From Cyanobacteria bacterium P01_A01_bin.123 (lineage in GTDB: Bacteria > Cyanobacteriota > Cyanobacteriia > Phormidesmidales > Phormidesmidaceae), in contig JBCBZT010000007.1 of the NCBI GenBank assembly GCA_039815185.1, positions 96,001-160,000 of the forward strand: 64,000 bases of DNA. Reading direction: 5' to 3'. Below, piece after piece: positions 41,513-50,557 of this stretch. How positions within the stretch are numbered: position 1 is the stretch's first letter; each line of letters opens with the position of its first letter. Made by a program: the position numbers and the translations under genes. The notes under the pieces are model-generated. The model had not been told where the DNA came from. It worked only from the letters and a program-made list of their open reading frames with translations, and ran no database searches.

Positions 41513-43324
41513 TTATTTACCAAACACAGCCAAAATCGGAATTGTGGCCGCGTCTTCATCTGTGGAGATTTCAGTTTCAGGGACTTCAACCCCAAGGACT
41601 TCAGCTTCAGGCGATTTTCGATTAGACAATCGTCGATATTTTTTGACTAGTCCAGGCCCATAGAACATCACACCAATGCCCAAGACTATCATCAGCGAAC
41701 CACTCCAAGTCAGCGCCGTTACCCACCAGGGTTCGCGCTTGAGTTGCAGGGTAGATTGCTGCAAATCACCAGGGTTCCAAGACGCTTGGGCCAGCTTCCA
41801 ACCCCGAAACCAAGTCGGATGGTTCATCCAAACAGACCGATGTACGGCGGTGTCAGTTTGCGGATCGAACAGCGTCACGTTGCTCGTCCACATCGCAACG
41901 GACTCACTGCCCTCGTTACGTTCCACAATGAAGTCGTTGAGTTTGACGTAAAAAGGCAGCTGTAGCAGCTTGGGGCTAAAGGCAGTGAAGTAATCCCCCG
42001 AAGCGGTTTCTAAGTGGGTGGGTTCACCCCAGGGGAGCCAAAAATCTTGACCATCGGCTGTTGCAACCTGTAGCGCTGGCGATCCTTCGTTCGCCAGTGT
42101 GCCATCAGCTACGGGAGCCATTGGCACGACCTGTCGCTGTACCTGAGCCCGATCTAACTGCTGAGTGACCGAAATCTGAAAGTCTGCCCAACCGGGCGCG
42201 ACGGGTTGACCTGCCTGCAATTTCCCAGACTTGAAACCTTTAGAAGACCGAGCCGCATAAAAGAGCTGATGGTCAGCAGCAGCAACGATGCGAAAGTAGT
42301 CAGCGTCGTCAATCGGGGGCGCGTTGTAATGAACCGTTAGGGCAATGTCATCCCCGGTGCGCACGGTATCCAACCCAGGCTTGGCAAAAACGAACCAACG
42401 GGCTTGGGAACTTCCCTGAGTCAATGCTAGCTGTACGGCTGGGTTGCGAAACTGGCTAGAAGCTGATGTCGGTTGATTATTAGCCCCTAAGCGGAAATCG
42501 GGCCAGACGTTGACCACTTCGACTGTGGTGCCGTTCTGCATTTGTAAAGATCGGCCCAGCTTTTGGTTCACATCTACGACGGTATCGCCAATCTGCAGGG
42601 TCCCAAAGTCTGCGAAGGAGTCTTGGGGAGGACTGAGTAACTGCTTCAGTTCTGCTGCGTTCTCAGCTTGGACAATTTCTAAATGGGCTGGGCCGATATC
42701 CATTTGGCGATAGCCTGTAGGGGCTATGGCTAACCAGCGGTCTAAGGTTTGCCCCATGCGATCGCTGTGGAGCCTCACCTGCACTGCCAGATTGTCTACC
42801 ATCCCTTCATTGGTGAAGCGGACGGTTTTAATGGCGCGATCGCTATATCCCAGTAAAGACAAGCCAGCAAACGTTTGGGGATACACTGTGCCATTGGGCT
42901 TAATGAACACATCTGTTTGCTGTTGTAATTGATCAGGGGCGACAACTTCCATTAATTCGCCTGCGACTCGGATTTGGTTGTTTGGGCCGCTGTCGGTGCG
43001 TACTAACAACATACCTTCAGTACTGAGGTGGATGACAGCGGCAGAGCCTGCAATGATTACAATCAAACCCCAGTGGGTTAGGGCAAATCCGACCTTGCGG
43101 GGGCCTCGCCAAGGGAAACGACTGAGGGTAGAAATGCCTAAGTTGACGGCCAAGAGAAACATCAACGCACCAAACCAGACGCTCTTATAAATTTCCCTTT
43201 GAACTGTGGCTGAGCCAACTGTCGATTCATAAAATGTGGCTCCAATTAGAATAGCTGCGATCGCAACCAGCAAGGGCACCGCTAGTCTAATAGAACCTAA
43301 AAACCGCACGAAATTAGATGTCAT
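41513..43324 (-). CDS. ResB/CcsB-like cytochrome c biogenesis protein
   Basis: 'FLGSIRLAVPLL', 'IY.S.WF', 'THWG', 'LPF.VKL.DF', 'WMNHP', three N-terminal TMs + one C-terminal TM. Confidence 0.85.
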   Translation of the reverse strand: MTSNFVRFLGSIRLAVPLLVAIAAILIGATFYESTVGSATVQREIYKSVWFGALMFLLAVNLGISTLSRFPWRGPRKVGFALTHWGLIVIIAGSAAVIHLSTEGMLLVRTDSGPNNQIRVAGELMEVVAPDQLQQQTDVFIKPNGTVYPQTFAGLSLLGYSDRAIKTVRFTNEGMVDNLAVQVRLHSDRMGQTLDRWLAIAPTGYRQMDIGPAHLEIVQAENAAELKQLLSPPQDSFADFGTLQIGDTVVDVNQKLGRSLQMQNGTTVEVVNVWPDFRLGANNQPTSASSQFRNPAVQLALTQGSSQARWFVFAKPGLDTVRTGDDIALTVHYNAPPIDDADYFRIVAAADHQLFYAARSSKGFKSGKLQAGQPVAPGWADFQISVTQQLDRAQVQRQVVPMAPVADGTLANEGSPALQVATADGQDFWLPWGEPTHLETASGDYFTAFSPKLLQLPFYVKLNDFIVERNEGSESVAMWTSNVTLFDPQTDTAVHRSVWMNHPTWFRGWKLAQASWNPGDLQQSTLQLKREPWWVTALTWSGSLMIVLGIGVMFYGPGLVKKYRRLSNRKSPEAEVLGVEVPETEISTDEDAATIPILAVFGK

Positions 43325-44018
43325 ATCTCGCCCTCAATTGCGATCAGAATTAGGCCTAAAGTGCATTCAACCAGAATCCCTGGAGATTAAAAGCGCATTT
43401 GTATCGTCGGATTCAAAAAAAACAGCTTTATGCAATAAACGAATAAATTTAATGCTTGATCTGCATTGATTTATCCTGCCAATAAAATAGGCCATAGCTT
43501 AGATCTAAAATAAATTGTCCACAGAGAAAAATAAAATCTGTGCTTTTCGCTACGAATTTTAGTGATTTAAGTCTTTGTTTTATCTATTTGAGTCCGCGAT
43601 CTTATGAGGTCTAAGAACAAAATCTTCCTATGCAAAAACGTCATTGATCTGGTGCGTAAAACGAATTGACAGGTTTGTTTTAGTATTTGGAGCTACAAAA
43701 TAACTTGATTTATCCCCATAGTCTGAACAATGTTTACGGTATCTCGTGTAGTTCAAGTATGTCTTGAAAGTTAGATTGTTCTGAAATCTTGAATCATTTC
43801 CATCCACCCATGACATCAAGATTGTGGATCGTGATTGCAGCTGCTTTTAGGATCTGTGTTCTTTTGATTGACATTGGCGGTTGTACTAAATCGTCTCTGA
43901 CGAATGGCTTTTTCAGGTTAATTGTCTCAATGGAATGGGTTGGAATTTAGTCAGCCCTTGACTACTTAAAGATTGCCTAGACTCTGTGTGTTTATTTGCT
44001 AGGAGCTGTGAAAAAAAC

Positions 44019-45062
44019 ATGACCGCAAATCCTGATGCAACGTCCCAAGAAGTTGGGCTGCAGGTTGAGCTACTGGAAGACAGTTTCGAGCTGGTAAAGC
44101 CTCAAGCTCAGGCATTCTCAGTTAGCTTTTATGAAAACCTGTTTGCCGACTATCCAGCGGCTCAGCCGCTGTTTACAAGCACCAATATGGCTGAGCAAAG
44201 CAATAAGCTGCTGACCTCCCTGGTGTTTGTCGTTGAGAATTTGAAAAGGCCTGAGGCGCTCACTGAAGCGCTGAAAGGCTTGGGCGCGCGTCACGTCAAG
44301 TACGGCGCGCTTCCTGAGCACTACCCTCTAGTTGGCAATACCCTACTCAAAACCTTTGAGCAGTATCTGGGTGCAGCTTGGACGTCTGATACGAAGCAAG
44401 CTTGGGTAGATGCTTACAGCGTGATTACAGAAGTGATGCTGGATGGCGCTGATTATTCTCAAGACGACGTACAGCTAGGTGCTGACGCCGCGGATAATTT
44501 GGATGCGGTGGATGAAGCCACTGGACTCAAAATTGCTTTGCTAGAGCAGAGCTTTGAAAAGGTAAAACCCCACGCGAACGATTTCGTCACCAGTTTTTAC
44601 GGCAATTTGTTTACTGATTATCCAGCGGCCAAGCCCCTGTTTGCCCACACCAATATGAAGGAGCAGGGTAATAAGCTGCTGATGTCTTTGGTGTTTGTGA
44701 TTGAAAATTTGCGTAAACCTGGTGAGTTGACCGGGGCTTTAAAAGGTTTAGGGGCGCGTCACGTCAAGTATGGGGCCCTGCCTGATCACTATCCTCTGGT
44801 GGGTAACTCTCTGCTCAAAACCTTTGAACAATATTTGGGTGCAGATTGGACTGCCAGTACCAAGCAAGCCTGGGTTGATGCCTACGGTTTGATTACAGAA
44901 GTCATGTTGGAAGGGGCTGACTATTCCCCTGAGTCGGTGCAGCTTGAGTCTGCCACATCGGCTGGTGTGGAGAAGCCTGAGGGCAGCATCGGTACCGGGA
45001 CTGCGGCAGGCATTATTGGGGGCAGTGCTCTCCTTTTGGTGCTGCTAATTCTGCTGGTGTAA
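44019..45062 (+). CDS. tandem di-globin with C-terminal membrane anchor
   Basis: Two near-duplicate globin domains ('FY.NLF..YPAA.PLF', 'EQ', 'LGARHVKYGALP.HY', 'AW..AY'); hydrophobic tail. Confidence 0.92.
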   Translation: MTANPDATSQEVGLQVELLEDSFELVKPQAQAFSVSFYENLFADYPAAQPLFTSTNMAEQSNKLLTSLVFVVENLKRPEALTEALKGLGARHVKYGALPEHYPLVGNTLLKTFEQYLGAAWTSDTKQAWVDAYSVITEVMLDGADYSQDDVQLGADAADNLDAVDEATGLKIALLEQSFEKVKPHANDFVTSFYGNLFTDYPAAKPLFAHTNMKEQGNKLLMSLVFVIENLRKPGELTGALKGLGARHVKYGALPDHYPLVGNSLLKTFEQYLGADWTASTKQAWVDAYGLITEVMLEGADYSPESVQLESATSAGVEKPEGSIGTGTAAGIIGGSALLLVLLILLV

Positions 45063-45092
45063 ACGCTGAGACGAACTGAGGATATAGAGTCG

Positions 45093-45740
45093 ATGGCGTT
45101 GAATGGAGGTCGTTCAGTCAATTGGCGTTCGTTTATCAGCCTGAAAACGGCGATCGCGATCGCTTGTATTGTCCTAATTGGCTGGTTTGCAGCAGCTTTT
45201 GCGATGGATAATAAGCAGGTGTTTCTACCCGGGGAAACCTCGGTGGGGCACTATCTGTTTGAAACCTCCTGCAATTCCTGTCACGAGGGCTTCAAGCCAG
45301 TCTCAAATGATACATGTATGCGCTGTCATGAGGCTGAGTTGGTCGAGGATGAACACGGGACTCAGAAGTTTTTGGATCCCCGCTGGGCTGAAGACTTGGC
45401 CAAGCTCGAGGTGCTGACCTGTACGACTTGCCACAACGAGCATGTCCACATGTTCGGTCGGGGCGTCAACCTCCAGCCTGACATTTGTATGACCTGTCAT
45501 GAGGGCATCATTACCGGTGACCTCAAAAGTCATGACGGCTTTGCTGCCGATGGCTGCTGGACTGCCGGATGTCATAACTATCACGATCATCGTTCTATTT
45601 CCACAGGTTTCTTGCGTCAAAACCTTGATCAGCCGCCAATGCTACCCGTACAGCAACTCCCAAATCGGGTTGTGTTGAGCGAATTGGATGCCGCACCTAA
45701 CCCAGATCTTGCCCAGGAATTCTTGGGAGGTAGCTTGTGA
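45093..45740 (+). CDS. membrane-anchored multiheme cytochrome c (4 CXXCH + 1 CX4CH)
   Basis: CNSCH, CMRCH, CTTCH, CMTCH, CWTAGCH; N-terminal TM/signal. Confidence 0.9.
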   Translation: MALNGGRSVNWRSFISLKTAIAIACIVLIGWFAAAFAMDNKQVFLPGETSVGHYLFETSCNSCHEGFKPVSNDTCMRCHEAELVEDEHGTQKFLDPRWAEDLAKLEVLTCTTCHNEHVHMFGRGVNLQPDICMTCHEGIITGDLKSHDGFAADGCWTAGCHNYHDHRSISTGFLRQNLDQPPMLPVQQLPNRVVLSELDAAPNPDLAQEFLGGSL

Positions 45741-46546
45741 AGTTCTTGCTCCCATGGATGTTGGCTATTGTGATGTTATTTGGCTGGGCAGCTCCTGCTT
45801 GGAGCGATGGTGTTGATCAGGCCAAGCTGGATGAAAGTACTCAATTATGGCGGAGCAGTGCCCATGCACTAAATGACGTGAACTGTTCTAGTTGTCACCA
45901 GAATACCGAGACCCAAACATTTGTAGCCCGTCCCAACCACGAAAGTTGCCAGTCTTGCCACGAGCAATCGGTGGATACCTTTTTATTGGGTAAACATGGC
46001 ATTCGCCTACTAGAAGGTGAACCGCCATTGACGCCATCGTTAGCGCGATTACCCATGCAGCCTGATGCCCATGATTTGCAAATGACCTGTGCGACCTGCC
46101 ACGATGCCCATTCTGTGAATACGGTGCAGGCAGCTGTAGAGTCTTGCCTGACCTGCCACGCTGACACCCACTCCTTAAACTACGAAAATTCTAGCCACGC
46201 TCAACTGTTTGCCGATGATCGCAACTTACCTCGGCCATCAAGCAGTTCGGTGAGCTGTGCTACCTGTCACTTGCCGCGCCATGAAGTGAAGCGCGGAGAG
46301 ATCATGACCGCCTTAGTGAATCACAACAATACCTATACGCTGCTGCCGCGCGATCGCATGGTGCAGGAAGTGTGTATGAACTGCCACGGCGTTGAGTACA
46401 GCTACAACAGTATTTTTGACGACGACTTGGTGGAGTCCAACTTTGATAAACCCCCCACCTTATCCCTAGAGACCTTTGATCTGGTGCGCGACCTAGAGAA
46501 TCGCCGCGGCGGTCAGCCTGATGCGGCCCCTGACGACAGTGAATAA
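45737..46546 (+). CDS. exported hexaheme cytochrome c
   Basis: Signal peptide '...PAWS'; CSSCH, CQSCH, CATCH, CLTCH, CATCH, CMNCH; GTGA overlap with the upstream gene. Confidence 0.92.
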   Translation: MKFLLPWMLAIVMLFGWAAPAWSDGVDQAKLDESTQLWRSSAHALNDVNCSSCHQNTETQTFVARPNHESCQSCHEQSVDTFLLGKHGIRLLEGEPPLTPSLARLPMQPDAHDLQMTCATCHDAHSVNTVQAAVESCLTCHADTHSLNYENSSHAQLFADDRNLPRPSSSSVSCATCHLPRHEVKRGEIMTALVNHNNTYTLLPRDRMVQEVCMNCHGVEYSYNSIFDDDLVESNFDKPPTLSLETFDLVRDLENRRGGQPDAAPDDSE

Positions 46547-46669
46547 GGCTAGGGCAAGGCCTTCGTCAAACCTCCCGTTCGGTTTACGAACATGGCTTAT
46601 GCCATCTGATCACAACAGTACACGTGTAAACGCAATGCAGTTCACGCTTTCAAGAAGGAGACCCTGTCA

Positions 46670-47323
46670 ATGACACTTGTAAATCGATGGATGAGTACCC
46701 TCCGCACCCGCACTGTGGCATTTATTGCCATTGTGTTGGCGATCGCGGTTACGGCTGTTTCTTGCAGCGGTGGTGGTACCACAGCCCAAGCACCTGCGGG
46801 CGTTGCTCCCGACTTAGTTGCTGACTATATTCACACTGTGCTTGCAGCTGATCGCACGGCTTACACCAAGCACGTGGTTAACCGCTCCCAAACATTAGAA
46901 GGTAAAGCCAAAGAAGACGGCGTCTTGGCAGTTGAGGCTACCGAAGGCTGGCAGCAAACGGATGGTATTCCCCTCCCAGCTCAGATGTTCCGTTTGGGGT
47001 CTGAGATTGCCAATGAAGCAGGCTACTTTACCTACAACCTGATTTCTCCCTGGTACATCAATGACAACCATGCCCCCAAGGGTGAATTTGAAGAAAGTGC
47101 GATTCAAACCATGATCGATTCTGGAGAACCGGTCAAAGATTACCAGGAAGTTAACGGGCAGCAGTTTTTCTCAGCCATGTACCCTGACAGGGCCGTAGCT
47201 GAAGCTTGTGTCACCTGCCACAACGAGCACCCCATTCACCTAGAGCGCTATCCCGACAAACTGTTTGTCATGGATGAAGTGATGGGCGGTGTTGTGATTA
47301 ACATCCCCCTTGAGGGAGCGTAA
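46670..47323 (+). CDS. Tll0287-like (DUF3365) monoheme c lipoprotein
   Basis: Lipobox 'AVSC', 'R..YT..VV', 'PLPAQMFR', 'ACVTCHN', 'GGVVI.IP'. Confidence 0.85.
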   Translation: MTLVNRWMSTLRTRTVAFIAIVLAIAVTAVSCSGGGTTAQAPAGVAPDLVADYIHTVLAADRTAYTKHVVNRSQTLEGKAKEDGVLAVEATEGWQQTDGIPLPAQMFRLGSEIANEAGYFTYNLISPWYINDNHAPKGEFEESAIQTMIDSGEPVKDYQEVNGQQFFSAMYPDRAVAEACVTCHNEHPIHLERYPDKLFVMDEVMGGVVINIPLEGA

Positions 47324-47354
47324 GCGCTAGTCATCCAGCGCTGGCTGATGGGGT

Positions 47355-47381
47355 AATAGGGGTGATGCGATCGCCCCTATT
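47355..47381 (+). terminator. hairpin after the DUF3365 gene
   Basis: AATAGGGGTGAT-gcg-ATCGCCCCTATT; weak U-tract. Confidence 0.5.
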
Positions 47382-47634
47382 GCTTGAGTAGAAGTCCAGC
47401 AGTCTTTATTCAATTGGTTGCTACACGGGGTCATATCAGCATTGGGATGACCGACGGCTTGTAGAAGCGTTGTTAAAAATACGACATCTCTGCTGCCAGC
47501 CTTGTTGTATAAAGTTAAGTAAAGGGCTGTTCTGCAACCAGATCTGATTTGAAACCTTTGGTTTCTGGGTTCAGCGAAAGCGATGAACCCCAGATACTGT
47601 AAGAGATTTAGTCTTCTAGCCTTGATACCAATTT

Positions 47635-48390
47635 TTGATTCTCCCTAGGGTAATGAGCCAATTTAGCCACCAACATCACGCGCTCGACTCCCAAGACTCA
47701 ATCAGACCCAGTCTTGATGCCGACACTCCAGCGATGCCGATGCCAAATATGGAAGCAATCGCTCCTCAGCGACGGTCGCCCCTGAAACCCCGTGGGGTTC
47801 AGCCTGGTTTCAAAGTCCTGATTGGCTTGACGCTGCTAACGGCTTTACTGCTGTTACCGTTTGCGTTTAGCCAGGGTTATCTCGACTGGTTACGGGCTCA
47901 GTCTTTTGATCTACATCGCTTTTTGCGAGGGGAGTGGTACAAGCAGATCACAGGCTTTACGGCTTTAACCTTGGTCTTATTGGAAGTGATGCTGACGGTG
48001 CGTAAGCGCAGTCGTAGCTGGATCGGCCGGATCAGAATTCCAGGGTCTATGCAACTTTGGCGCAGCATCCACATCTTTGTCGGCGTGGGATTGGTTGGGT
48101 TGGTCTTGATCCACACGATGGGGGCCAACGGTCTCAATTTTAACGCCGTTTTTCTTTGGGTGTTCTTTGCTACGTCCCTCACTGCGCTGGTTGGGGTTGT
48201 GGCTGAAACCGGCATTTTAGAGTCTACCCGCAACTATTTTGGCAAAATACCCGGCAGCGACAAAATTTTGACTAAAGGCCCTTTGATCCGTGGACTCAGG
48301 GCAGTGTGGCTCGTCAGCCATATTTTCTTTGTCTGTGTGTTTGCTGTCATGCTGGTGTTTCACATTATCCTGGCTTACTACTTCCAGTGA
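47635..48390 (+). CDS. integral membrane protein, putative di-heme b (ferric-reductase-like TM)
   Basis: About 5 TM; His in 'WRSIHIFVG', 'LIHT', 'WLVSHIF', 'FHII'; start uncertain. Confidence 0.65.
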   Translation: MILPRVMSQFSHQHHALDSQDSIRPSLDADTPAMPMPNMEAIAPQRRSPLKPRGVQPGFKVLIGLTLLTALLLLPFAFSQGYLDWLRAQSFDLHRFLRGEWYKQITGFTALTLVLLEVMLTVRKRSRSWIGRIRIPGSMQLWRSIHIFVGVGLVGLVLIHTMGANGLNFNAVFLWVFFATSLTALVGVVAETGILESTRNYFGKIPGSDKILTKGPLIRGLRAVWLVSHIFFVCVFAVMLVFHIILAYYFQ

Positions 48391-48473
48391 TTACTGCCAC
48401 TGAGGATTTTCGTTGTGGCTTGAGTGGATGACAGCTTTACCTAAGTTAATCATGGTCAAATCAGGGGAAACAT

Positions 48474-48977
48474 ATGACTGCGGATCGGTTGACTGAAAAC
48501 TTGGTGAAGCGCCAAAAGAGTCTGATTGCGATCGCAGTAGTGGTTATTTTCGCGATCGCGGCTGTTTTCCTCACCCGGCCTCAGACCTCTACCACTGGTC
48601 TTTCGCCGGTGTCTGGCTTAATCACGCTCAAAGCTTCAGCCCAGTCGGCCATCAGCTATGACTTAGCCATCGCGAATGGCAATCCCACACTGGTTGAGTT
48701 TTATGCCGACTGGTGTACCACCTGTCAGGCTTTGGCCCCTGCCTTACAAGCGGTTCATCGCCAGTTTGGTTCAGATCTCAACTTGGTCATGCTCAATATT
48801 GATGATCCCCAGTGGCGATCGCAGATTCAGCAGTTTCGGGTAAGCGGAGTGCCCCACCTCGTTTTACTCAACCCTGACCAAGCGATCGTCGATAGTTTTA
48901 TTGGTGACGTCCCTCGCCAAGTCCTGGCCAGCCGTATTGAGGAGATCGTGGCGGATGCTACACCCGTCTCCCTTTAA
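48474..48977 (+). CDS. membrane-anchored thioredoxin (TxlA/ResA-like)
   Basis: N-terminal TM, 'VEFYADWCTTC', 'SGVPH'. Confidence 0.88.
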   Translation: MTADRLTENLVKRQKSLIAIAVVVIFAIAAVFLTRPQTSTTGLSPVSGLITLKASAQSAISYDLAIANGNPTLVEFYADWCTTCQALAPALQAVHRQFGSDLNLVMLNIDDPQWRSQIQQFRVSGVPHLVLLNPDQAIVDSFIGDVPRQVLASRIEEIVADATPVSL

Positions 48978-49035
48978 GTCAGCCCTTTCAAATTGGTTCA
49001 GCTAATGCCGTGTAACCCCTTTAGGAGCTGTATTC

Positions 49036-49254
49036 ATGGCTATTTTAAATCGGTTTCTCCGACTGTTGAAGCTGCTAGAACAAGCGGCTGATTTAACTGA
49101 ATTTTTAACCTCGCCCACAGGCATTGCCCTCAGCCTTTGTTTATTGAGCTATCAAGCATTTTTATTAGTGGGTTGTGACGCTCCATCGGCTGCTATTTTG
49201 GCCAGTGTTACAGTTTTAACCCTGCACTGCGCCTTCAATCACCCTGAGCGTTAG
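49036..49254 (+). CDS. small membrane hypothetical protein
   Basis: AGGAG RBS, two hydrophobic segments. Confidence 0.55.
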   Translation: MAILNRFLRLLKLLEQAADLTEFLTSPTGIALSLCLLSYQAFLLVGCDAPSAAILASVTVLTLHCAFNHPER

Positions 49255-49265
49255 AGGCACTAACT

Positions 49266-50189
49266 TCACGATATATTGAGTGCGCCGTTTCGCCGAAGCC
49301 ACTGCTTTTGCTCACGAGATAGACCAGTGGTGTCGGTGAATAAAGCCCCTTCTACCCGGCAATGGTCAAAACAGGCACCGTTGAGCTGAGCGTTTTCTAG
49401 ATTAGCCTCACGCAGGTCAGCACCGCTGAAATTAACGTCGCTGAGATTGGCGTACTCCAGGGTGGCATTGTAGAGTGAGGCTCCCTGTAAATCAGCTTCT
49501 ACCAGCACTGCATGCCAAAAATCAGCCCAGTCTAACTGGGTCTGTCGCAGGGTTGTTCCCGTTAGGTCAGCTTGCTCAAATTTAGCGCTGAGTGCATTGG
49601 CCTCCGACAGGTTAGCCCCCACTAAAATTGCCCCGGTTAAGTCAGCCTGAGTTAAATCAGCAGCAACAAAAGCAGTACCTGAGAGAGTCGCTTGCTGCCA
49701 CTGCGACTGACCCAACTGTGCGCCTTCAAAACTCGATTGGCTAAAGTTAGTCCCGGTCAATTGTGTCGCGACGAAACTGGCATATTTGAAGCGAGATTGA
49801 GGCCCACTGGCAGTACGGCAATCGGCTCGATCTAGGCGGGCATAGGAGCCATCGATATGGTCTAGGCAGGCCCCATAAAGTTGAGCGCCAGCAGCCTGAA
49901 CCCGCTGAAAATTCACTGCTGCTAAATTGGCCTGGGTTAAGACAGCGTGGTTGAGATCAGCTGCCTCTAAGCAACTCCCAGATAAATCTGCGAGAGTCAG
50001 TGTTGCATAGGACAAGTTAACGCCACGACAGGACGACCAGTTTAAGCGCGTGCGTCTCAAATAAGCTTCTGGGAAATCTCCCTGATCCAGGCAGGCTCCA
50101 CTTAAATCTATGCCGCTCAGTTCAGCCTTGCCTAAAGACTGGCCTGCTTGTACTCGAGCCAAAACGTCAGAAATAGTGAGTTGAGCCAT
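49266..50189 (-). CDS. pentapeptide repeat protein
   Basis: A(D/N)LXX repeats throughout. Confidence 0.92.
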   Translation of the reverse strand: MAQLTISDVLARVQAGQSLGKAELSGIDLSGACLDQGDFPEAYLRRTRLNWSSCRGVNLSYATLTLADLSGSCLEAADLNHAVLTQANLAAVNFQRVQAAGAQLYGACLDHIDGSYARLDRADCRTASGPQSRFKYASFVATQLTGTNFSQSSFEGAQLGQSQWQQATLSGTAFVAADLTQADLTGAILVGANLSEANALSAKFEQADLTGTTLRQTQLDWADFWHAVLVEADLQGASLYNATLEYANLSDVNFSGADLREANLENAQLNGACFDHCRVEGALFTDTTGLSREQKQWLRRNGALNIS

Positions 50190-50421
50190 AGGACGACTTG
50201 ATCAATGTGGATACCATCATAGATTCTTTCTGTATCTAAAAATACAGAATAAACCCTGATTTCCCCAAAGATTTTCGATTTCTTTGGAATTCATTCATTA
50301 ATCTAAGCGGCAATGGGGAAGAACTGGGGAAGCCAACGGCCATCCCAAAAGCCATTCTGTATATGGGCGACCCTCCATCTTTTGGTGCCTTATTCCAGGC
50401 AGCAGATGTCATGCCACTACT

Positions 50422-50437
50422 TGTGACCTGCGTCACA
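50422..50437. promoter_or_regulatory. perfect CRP box
   Basis: TGTGA-CCTGCG-TCACA in a divergent intergenic region. Confidence 0.75.
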
Positions 50438-50557
50438 GAATAGTCTGATATGGGTTACTAAATCTTGCTCGTACAATCACGCAGGCTGGGTTGTGGTGTC
50501 ACGGGAAGTTGGCTGATTACTGGCGATACTGTATTTAATCGCACTAAACGCTTTGCC

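Noticed and set aside
43330..44018. FNR/NtcA site or small ORFs in the cluster's divergent promoter
   Set aside because: Only TTGAT half-sites seen, no full TTGAT-N4-ATCAA; short ORFs lack coding features
45093..46546. Calling the multiheme proteins NrfA or true HAO
   Set aside because: No CXXCK motif; size and heme count do not fit NrfA or octaheme HAO, and the C-terminal helical region is missing
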